DNA from: Betaproteobacteria bacterium
GTDB lineage: Bacteria > Pseudomonadota > Gammaproteobacteria > Burkholderiales > SHXO01
Direction: 5' to 3'
Assembly (NCBI GenBank): GCA_025356655.1
Contig: JANXRW010000053.1
Span: forward strand, 5,518-69,517
Length of the DNA stretch: 64,000 bases
Shown: one piece after another, positions 55,282 to 64,000 of the stretch
Layout of the letters: every line of letters starts with the position of its first letter
Numbering within the stretch: position 1 is the stretch's first letter
The notes under the pieces: model-generated
Told to the model about the DNA's origin: nothing
Database searches by the model: none
What the model saw: the letters and a program-made list of their open reading frames with translations, nothing else
Made by a program: the position numbers and the translations under genes

Positions 55282-56004
55282 TCACCCGCTGATCTGGTTT
55301 CGATAATGATGACTACGAGTATCGACATAACTGCGCCGAAGTTCAGCCGGTTCGCGGCCGTAAGTGTAGGCGATTCGCTCCACGCGCAGGCACGGAGCCC
55401 CTGGCTCGCGCCCGAGTGCATGGGCCTGTGCGGGCGCCAGAGCAACGGCTTTGGGGCGCTCCTCAGCCGTGAGCACGCGCAGCCCGAAGGCCGACTCGTA
55501 CAAACTGTACAGCATACACTCGTGCCGCTCGATCACCTCCGACGTCAGCCCGCGAAAACGCACGGCGGGCAGCCAGACCTCATCCAAGCACACCGGCGCA
55601 CCGGAGAGCAGAAGCAGGCGCTCCACACGGAACACTCCCGCGCCGCTCGCCAAGCCCAGCGCGCGCGCCACAGCAGCCTCGGCGCGCGCCCGGCGAAGAC
55701 CCAGCAGGCGTGCTGAGAGATCCTCTGCAGCGCCTTCGTCTGGGGTAATGCGCAGAAAATGTAGCCGCCGGCCTTCCTCGGCGTGGGAGGCGACGAAGGT
55801 GCCCTTGCCTTCCACGCGGATGAGCAGGATTTCGGCGGCGAGTTCCCCGACCGCCTTGCGCACGGTGCCCTGACTCACGCCAAAGTGCGCGGCGAGTTCG
55901 GCCTCGCTGGGAATGGGTTCCCCTGGGCGCCACTCGCCGGCGACCAAGGCCTGGGTGATCAGAGCCTCTATCCGGCGGTAGAGCGGCTGGTAAGGCGGGT
56001 ACAT
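55282..56004 (-). CDS. GntR family transcriptional regulator (HutC/UTRA-type)
   Basis: 240 aa. It has a wHTH motif (LPSEAELAAHFGVSQGTVRKAV) and a UTRA-like C-terminal half. It lies upstream of sdhC and divergent from mdh. Confidence 0.85.
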   Translation of the reverse strand: MYPPYQPLYRRIEALITQALVAGEWRPGEPIPSEAELAAHFGVSQGTVRKAVGELAAEILLIRVEGKGTFVASHAEEGRRLHFLRITPDEGAAEDLSARLLGLRRARAEAAVARALGLASGAGVFRVERLLLLSGAPVCLDEVWLPAVRFRGLTSEVIERHECMLYSLYESAFGLRVLTAEERPKAVALAPAQAHALGREPGAPCLRVERIAYTYGREPAELRRSYVDTRSHHYRNQISG

Positions 56005-56070
56005 CGGATCCGATATTCATGGCGCCGCCTTTCTAGCACAGGCGACGCAATCCGTCCAGCCGCTAAGCTA

Positions 56071-56082
56071 TCTTATACAAGA
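56071..56082. promoter_or_regulatory. Imperfect palindrome in the gntR-mdh divergent region (candidate GntR operator)
   Basis: TCTTATACAAGA has 10 of 12 positions self-complementary. It sits inside an AT-rich island in an otherwise GC-rich intergenic region. Confidence 0.2.
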
Positions 56083-56096
56083 CCTAAAGGACTCGT

Positions 56097-56126
56097 TTGA
56101 CAGCGCGGCGCGCGCTTCGCTATGAT
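56097..56126 (+). promoter_or_regulatory. Sigma70-like promoter candidate for mdh
   Basis: TTGACA (56097-56102), an 18-nt spacer, then TATGAT (56121-56126), about 80 nt upstream of the mdh ATG. Confidence 0.4.
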
Positions 56127-56207
56127 TCTCGGCTACCAGCGAAGCCGGACGGCCACAAAAGCACGTAGCCGCGGCCACAGACCCTTGTCAGGAGCCCAGC
56201 CAAAGGC

Positions 56208-57191
56208 ATGAAACCCCCCGTGCGCATTGCCGTGACCGGTGCTGCCGGTCAGATCGGATACAGCCTCCTCTTCAGAATCGCCTCCGGCGCCATGCTGGGC
56301 GCGGATCAGCCCGTCGTCTTGAGCCTACTCGACATCACCCCGGCCATGACCGCGCTGCGCGGCGTGGTCATGGAACTCGATGACTGTGCCTTCCCGCTGC
56401 TCGCGGGGGTGGAGATCAGCGACGACCCCCAGGTCGCTTTCCGTGACGTCTCGGTGGCGCTCCTTGTGGGTGCTAGGCCGCGCAGCAAAGGCATGGAGCG
56501 CAAGGACCTCCTGGAGGCCAACGGCGCTATTTTTACGGCCCAGGGCAACGCCCTTAACGAGGTGGCCAGCCGTGACGTACGGGTCCTGGTGGTTGGCAAC
56601 CCGGCCAACACTAATGCCTACATCGCGCTCTGCAATGCCCCCTCGTTGCCGCCGCAGAACTTCACCGCCATGATGCGCTTGGACCACAACCGAACGCTGT
56701 CGCAGTTGAGCACGCGGCTGGGCAAGCCGGTGGCGGACCTGCGCAAAGTCACTGTATGGGGCAACCATTCCGCTACCCAGTACCCTGACGTCTTCCAGGC
56801 TGAGGTAGGCGGACAACGGCTCTGGCCGCTCATCAACGACGAGGCTTGGCTCACCGGCACGCTGATCCCCACGGTGCAGAAGCGCGGTGCGGCGATCATC
56901 GAGGCGCGCGGACTCTCCAGTGCGGCCAGTGCAGCCAATGCCGCCATCGACCACGTCCGCGACTGGGTCCTGGGCACTCCTGCCGGCGACTGGGTGACCA
57001 TGGGTATCCCCGCCGACGGAAGCTACGGCATCCCGGAGGGCGTGCTTTATGGCTACCCGGTGACCTGCCAAGGCGGCCGTTACGAGATCGTCAAGGGGAT
57101 CGATTTGAGCGATTTCAGTCGCGCCCGGATGCAGGCAACCCACGACGAACTGCTCGAGGAGCGCTCCGGCGTCGCGCACCTCCTGGGCTAG
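56208..57191 (+). CDS. mdh: Malate dehydrogenase
   Basis: 327 aa. It starts [27 protein letters not shown] and has the LDH-like MDH pattern (MRLDHNR, WGNHS). Confidence 0.95.
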   Translation: MKPPVRIAVTGAAGQIGYSLLFRIASGAMLGADQPVVLSLLDITPAMTALRGVVMELDDCAFPLLAGVEISDDPQVAFRDVSVALLVGARPRSKGMERKDLLEANGAIFTAQGNALNEVASRDVRVLVVGNPANTNAYIALCNAPSLPPQNFTAMMRLDHNRTLSQLSTRLGKPVADLRKVTVWGNHSATQYPDVFQAEVGGQRLWPLINDEAWLTGTLIPTVQKRGAAIIEARGLSSAASAANAAIDHVRDWVLGTPAGDWVTMGIPADGSYGIPEGVLYGYPVTCQGGRYEIVKGIDLSDFSRARMQATHDELLEERSGVAHLLG

Positions 57192-57377
57192 GGACCGCCA
57201 CGGCTCCCGCCCGCAGCGCCGCCCTCCCCGGGGCATACGGACGCGACACGCCCCGCTCGGGCGCCAGCAGGCTGGCAACTGCCCGGCCGCCACTTGGTCG
57301 TGCCACGCAGATCCCGCCTACGCGCCTGAATCAACCGAATGCCCTCGGGGGCGTTAACACCTCAAGGAAGCCAAACA

Positions 57378-58535
57378 ATGACCAATGAGACAACGGGGGC
57401 TACCCCGAAGCCGAAGAAGTCGGTCGCCCTCTCTGGCGTTGTCGCAGGAAACACCGCCCTCTGCACCGTAGGGCTCAACGGTAACGACCTGCACTACCGC
57501 GGCTATGACATTCTTGAATTCGCCGGCCACGCGCAGTTCGAAGAGATCGCCTACCTGCTCGTGCATGAACGCCTGCCCAACCGCCAGGAGCTCGCCAGCT
57601 ACAAAACGGAGTTGAAGGCACTGCGGGGCCTGCCCGCCAGCCTGCGAGCGAGCCTGGAGCAACTCCCGCCCAGCGCGCATCCCATGGACATCCTGCGTAC
57701 CGGCTGCTCGGTTCTCGGGTCCCTGCTGCCCGAGCGCGAGGACCACCGCGCCGCGGGCGCCCGGCACATTGCCGACCGCCTAATGGCCTCCTTCGGCTCC
57801 ATGCTCCTCTATTGGTACCACTTCAGCCACCATGGGCAACGGATCGAGACGCAAACCGACGACGACTCCGTCGGTGCGCACTTCCTCCACCTGCTGCATG
57901 GCAAGCCGCCGAGCGCCTCCTGGGAGCGCGCCATGCACACGTCGCTGATCCTCTACGCTGAGCACGAGTTCAACGCGTCGACCTTCACCGCGCGCGTGAT
58001 CGCCGGCACAGGCTCGGACATGCATTCCGCGGTCACGGGTGCGATCGGCGCCTTGCGCGGGCCGAAGCACGGCGGCGCCAACGAGGTGGCTTTCGAAATT
58101 CAACAACGCTACACCGATCCAGATGAGGCCGAGGCCGACATCCGCCGCCGGGTCGCCGAGCGCGAGATCGTCATCGGCTTCGGCCACCCCGTGTATACGG
58201 TGTCCGACCCGCGCAACGAAGTGATTAAGGCGGTGGCTCGGGAACTGGCGAGCGAGAGTGGAAACCGCCGCATGTTCGAGATCGCCGAGCGCATCGAGTC
58301 GATCATGTGGAACGAAAAGCGGATGTTCCCAAACCTCGACTGGTTCTCGGCCGTCAGCTATCACCAGATGAACATTCCCACGGCCATGTTCACGCCGATC
58401 TTCGTCATCGCGCGCACCGCCGGGTGGGCCGCCCACGTTATCGAGCAGCGGGCCGACGGCAAGATCATCCGTCCCACCGCCAACTATACCGGCCCGGAGA
58501 GCCGCACCTGGGTGCCACTCGAAGACCGCGCCTGA
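57378..58535 (+). CDS. prpC: 2-methylcitrate synthase
   Basis: ORF 57339..58535 was trimmed to the ATG at 57378, with AAGGAAG upstream. It matches E. coli PrpC closely by eye ([52 protein letters not shown]). Confidence 0.9.
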   Translation: MTNETTGATPKPKKSVALSGVVAGNTALCTVGLNGNDLHYRGYDILEFAGHAQFEEIAYLLVHERLPNRQELASYKTELKALRGLPASLRASLEQLPPSAHPMDILRTGCSVLGSLLPEREDHRAAGARHIADRLMASFGSMLLYWYHFSHHGQRIETQTDDDSVGAHFLHLLHGKPPSASWERAMHTSLILYAEHEFNASTFTARVIAGTGSDMHSAVTGAIGALRGPKHGGANEVAFEIQQRYTDPDEAEADIRRRVAEREIVIGFGHPVYTVSDPRNEVIKAVARELASESGNRRMFEIAERIESIMWNEKRMFPNLDWFSAVSYHQMNIPTAMFTPIFVIARTAGWAAHVIEQRADGKIIRPTANYTGPESRTWVPLEDRA

Positions 58536-58570
58536 CAACCCCTATCCCCAAAACGAGCCCGGGAGATCCC

Positions 58571-60013
58571 ATGTCCGCCCATATTTCCAACGTCCGCCCC
58601 GCCCCCGATAAAGTCCTCACGGATATTGCCGACTTCGTGACCGATTTCCCCGTCGATAGCGCCGAGGCGTACGATACGGCCCGCCTCTGCCTCATGGACA
58701 CGCTGGGCTGTGGCCTCGAGGCCCTGTCCTACCCTGCTTGCACCAAGCTGCTCGGGCCGGTGGTTCCAGGCACCGTGGTGCCCAATGGCGCCAAAGTGCC
58801 AGGCACCCAATTCCAGCTCGACCCCATCCAAGCCGCCTTCAATATCGGCGCCATGATCCGCTGGCTGGATTTCAATGACACTTGGCTCGCTGCCGAGTGG
58901 GGCCACCCCTCGGACAACTTGGGCGGCATCCTGGCCGTTGCCGACTGGGTGTCGCGCAACGCGGTGGCCGCCGGCAAGACGCCGCTCACCATGCGTGACG
59001 TGCTCACGGCCATGATCAAGGCGCACGAGATTCAAGGCGTTCTGGCGCTGGAGAACAGCTTTAACCGCGTGGGTCTGGATCATGTCGTCCTGGTTAAGGT
59101 AGCCAGCACCGCCGTGGTCACGGCCTTGCTGGGCGGGAATCGAGAGGCGGTGATCGACGCCGTCTCCCAGGCCTGGGTCGATGGTCAGTCACTGCGCACC
59201 TACCGGCACGCCCCCAACACCGGCTCGCGCAAGAGCTGGGCCGCGGGCGACGCCACCAGCCGTGCCGTGCGCCTCGCGCTGATCACCCTCAAGGGCGAGA
59301 TGGGCTATCCCTCGGTCCTCAGTGCCAAGACCTGGGGCTTCTATGACGTGCTGTTCAAGGGCCAGGAGTTCCGCATGCAACGGCCCTACGGCTCCTATGT
59401 GATGGAGCACGTGCTGTTCAAGATCTCCTTCCCCGCCGAGTTTCACGCCCAGACCGCCGTCGAGGCCGCCGTCCGCTTGCACGCGGAGCTCGCTGGCAAG
59501 ATCGACCAGATCGAGCGAATCACGATCACCACGCACGAGTCGGCCATCCGGATCATCGACAAGAAGGGCCCGCTAAACAACCCTGCGGACCGTGACCATT
59601 GCATCCAGTACATGGTGGCGGTGGCGCTGCTCAAAGGGAATCTCACCGCCCGTGATTACGAGGATGACGTGGCTGCGGACCCGCGCATCGACGCTCTGCG
59701 CGAGCGCATGGAGTGCGTGGAGAACACGACCTACAGTACGGACTATCACGATCCGCAGAAGCGTTCCATTGCCAACGCGCTGCAGGTCCACTTCAAGGAT
59801 GGAAGCAAGTCCCAGGAAATCGCCGTTGAATACCCCGTGGGACATCGGCGCCGCCGCGCCGAGGGTATCCCGCTCCTGGAGGATAAGTTCCGCATCAACC
59901 TCGCCCGCCGCTTCGCCGCCCGGCAAAGCCAGGCCATCTTGGAACTGTGCAGCCAGCCCGCTAGGCTCGAGGCGACGCCGGTCAACGAGTTCGTGGATTT
60001 TTTTGTCATCTGA
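58571..60013 (+). CDS. prpD: 2-methylcitrate dehydratase
   Basis: ORF 58307..60013 was trimmed to the ATG at 58571 ([23 protein letters not shown]). It matches E. coli PrpD closely by eye ([45 protein letters not shown]). Confidence 0.9.
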   Translation: MSAHISNVRPAPDKVLTDIADFVTDFPVDSAEAYDTARLCLMDTLGCGLEALSYPACTKLLGPVVPGTVVPNGAKVPGTQFQLDPIQAAFNIGAMIRWLDFNDTWLAAEWGHPSDNLGGILAVADWVSRNAVAAGKTPLTMRDVLTAMIKAHEIQGVLALENSFNRVGLDHVVLVKVASTAVVTALLGGNREAVIDAVSQAWVDGQSLRTYRHAPNTGSRKSWAAGDATSRAVRLALITLKGEMGYPSVLSAKTWGFYDVLFKGQEFRMQRPYGSYVMEHVLFKISFPAEFHAQTAVEAAVRLHAELAGKIDQIERITITTHESAIRIIDKKGPLNNPADRDHCIQYMVAVALLKGNLTARDYEDDVAADPRIDALRERMECVENTTYSTDYHDPQKRSIANALQVHFKDGSKSQEIAVEYPVGHRRRRAEGIPLLEDKFRINLARRFAARQSQAILELCSQPARLEATPVNEFVDFFVI

Positions 60014-60052
60014 GTGCGCGCGCACAACGCGCTGCTTCGCCAGGAGTTTCCA

Positions 60053-62758
<2,706 letters not shown>

Positions 62759-62783
62759 CCGGGCCAGACATCGGCAAAAAGCA

Positions 62784-62818
62784 AAAGGGGGCTGCCACGG
62801 CAACCCGCCTTTCATTCT
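62784..62818 (+). terminator. Possible terminator after acnA (imperfect hairpin with flanking A/T tracts)
   Basis: The sequence aaaggGGGCTGccacggCAACCCgCCTTTcattct forms a stem with one mismatch and one bulge, followed by a T-rich tail. It lies about 30 nt after the acnA stop. Confidence 0.35.
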
Positions 62819-62925
62819 GGTAAGCCCACTCGTACGACTCATGGATCGATCAAGCGGCGCGGAGCGGCGTCGAAGCAATGGGCCCGGCCCCGCGCTACCA
62901 GCAGCCACTCCCCCAACCCCAAATA

Positions 62926-62947
62926 AAACCCCGCCTCACCGGGGTTT
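62926..62947 (-). terminator. Rho-independent terminator candidate downstream of the PEP-CTERM gene
   Basis: The hairpin is AAACCCCG (62926-62933), loop CCTCAC, then CGGGGTTT (62940-62947). On the minus-strand transcript the GC stem is followed by UUUUAUUUG. It lies 24 nt past the stop codon at 62971. Confidence 0.6.
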
Positions 62948-62970
62948 CCGTAGGGGGTGTAACCCGCGAT

Positions 62971-63600
62971 TCAGGCAACCCTGGCGTTGCGGCGGCGCGC
63001 GGCGAGCCCTACCAGCCCAGCGAAGCCGGCGCCCAGCAGGGCTTCGGTGCCGGGTTCAGGCACAGCCGCGGGCGACCAGACAGCATAAGTCTCGATCGCT
63101 TGGGTCTGCTGATAATCCCAGTAGCCACAGTCGCACAGGGTCGCGGAATCGACTCCCGTGGTTTGCAACAGTGCCACCTGCGCCAGGACCAAGTGCGGGT
63201 ATCCCTTGCCGTTGAGCGCATAAGGTGTGATGAGCCAAGCACGCCCGGCGCCATTCGTCTGGATGCCAGCGATGTGAAACGGGTCCGATCCAATGGGGTT
63301 ACCCGCGGGTTGCAAGAAACCTTGCTGGAGCAGGTCTTGCGAGGCGGTCAGTGCGTCGGCCTGGCTCGAGAAAGCGAAGGCCGACTGCTTGCTACAACCC
63401 GCAAAGACACTGATGCAGGTGCCGGCCGAGAAACGAACGTCGTAGCGCGCCCCATTCACCTGAACGCCGTCGACACCGAGCAGCGTACCCTGAGCGTTGT
63501 AGACGTCGGTAGCGGCGTGCGTTGCGCTTGCGAGCAACAGGCCAGCTGAAAGGGCCAGAGAGCGCAGCGTCTGTATACGAGCGCCGGGGTTCTTATTCAT
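62971..63600 (-). CDS. PEP-CTERM sorting-domain protein (exosortase substrate)
   Basis: ORF 62971..63654 was trimmed to the ATG at 63600 (MNKNPGARIQTLRSLALSAGLLLASATHA), with AAGGAAG upstream. The C-terminus VPEPGTEALLGAGFAGLVGLAARRRN combines a PEP motif, a TM helix and a basic tail. Confidence 0.8.
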   Translation of the reverse strand: MNKNPGARIQTLRSLALSAGLLLASATHAATDVYNAQGTLLGVDGVQVNGARYDVRFSAGTCISVFAGCSKQSAFAFSSQADALTASQDLLQQGFLQPAGNPIGSDPFHIAGIQTNGAGRAWLITPYALNGKGYPHLVLAQVALLQTTGVDSATLCDCGYWDYQQTQAIETYAVWSPAAVPEPGTEALLGAGFAGLVGLAARRRNARVA

Positions 63601-64000
63601 GTCAGGTCTTCCTTTTCGGGTTGAATGTCCTGGCGCGGCGCCGAGCGAAAGCAACGCCGACCCGGCGGGTGATCCGGCACAAGCTAATCCTAGGTCGTAG
63701 CGCGTGCCAACGGCTTGGGAGCCCGGTCCCCCATAGCACCCCGTAGGACTCCTGGAACAGCGAGCGAATAACCCGGCTCATTAGCCTAGTTAAGACGCGG
63801 AGGGTAGCGGGATAGCGATACCGTTTGTCGTCGCAGCCACGAGGATATCGACGCTGGTTTTTAAGGTCAAGAACGAAACCCTCGCGGTTGACAGTTCTTT
63901 TTCATTGATTCGCTAAACGCTGGCACGTTGCCGCCCGAACTAGCGGGGCTGACCTGGGCTCGCCGACTCGCCCCTGACCGTGATCCCTTAGCCTAGCGCA

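Noticed and set aside
43533-57191. The large TCA-cycle supercluster (zapE-lpdA-sucB-sucA-gltA-sdhE-sdhBADC-gntR / mdh), considered as a possible novelty.
   Set aside because: This gene order is the ordinary conserved arrangement I recall for Betaproteobacteria. All proteins look canonical, so it is not a discovery.
63921-63931. TGGCACGTTGC, resembling a sigma54 promoter core, near the window end.
   Set aside because: The four spacer bases between TGGCACG and TTGC are missing. It also points away from the PEP-CTERM gene.

Overview
This is a GC-rich, gene-dense bacterial chromosomal segment. Gene order and protein signatures look betaproteobacterial: an mdh / gntR-sdhCDAB-sdhE-gltA-sucAB-lpdA-zapE supercluster, a PEP-CTERM protein and a TRAP transporter. 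I call 48 protein-coding genes. I found no rRNA, tRNA, CRISPR array, transposase or integrase.

Layout:
- 1-7.6 kb: a tightly packed operon, truncated at the window start. It is built around a tRNA-independent SerRS-like amino acid:[carrier protein] ligase, with a carrier protein, an ACAD-fold flavoenzyme, a DUF1839-like protein, a cytoplasmic GH2 and a two-domain alpha/beta hydrolase with non-Ser nucleophile positions.
- 8-24 kb: hflX, oxidoreductases, a Tat-signal HAD-II hydrolase, a TRAP transporter, yaeQ, an MFS-lactonase-ALDH-SDR-CoA-transferase cluster and a two-domain PPK2.
- 24-26.6 kb: an R/G/P/Q-rich disordered protein, then an unusually long (about 1.45 kb) ORF-poor gap.
- 26.6-30.6 kb: cytochrome c, acetoacetyl-CoA synthetase and cytochrome c, tightly coupled.
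- 30.6-34.1 kb: a soluble six-PAS chemoreceptor ending in an EWEEF pentapeptide.
- 34.4-34.8 kb: HU, with a perfect tandem 39-bp duplication upstream.
- 35-40.4 kb: an exported module (MBL, DUF1800, DUF1501, two cupin paralogues).
- 40.4-43.3 kb: acuI-prpE.
- 43.5-62.8 kb: TCA-cycle supercluster plus prpC-prpD-acnA.
- 63 kb: a PEP-CTERM protein.

The best candidate for an undescribed system is the first operon (1-7642).

Limits: all family assignments come from reading the supplied translations by eye. No searches were run. Start codons are best guesses, obtained by trimming ORFs to plausible ATG/GTG/TTG codons.
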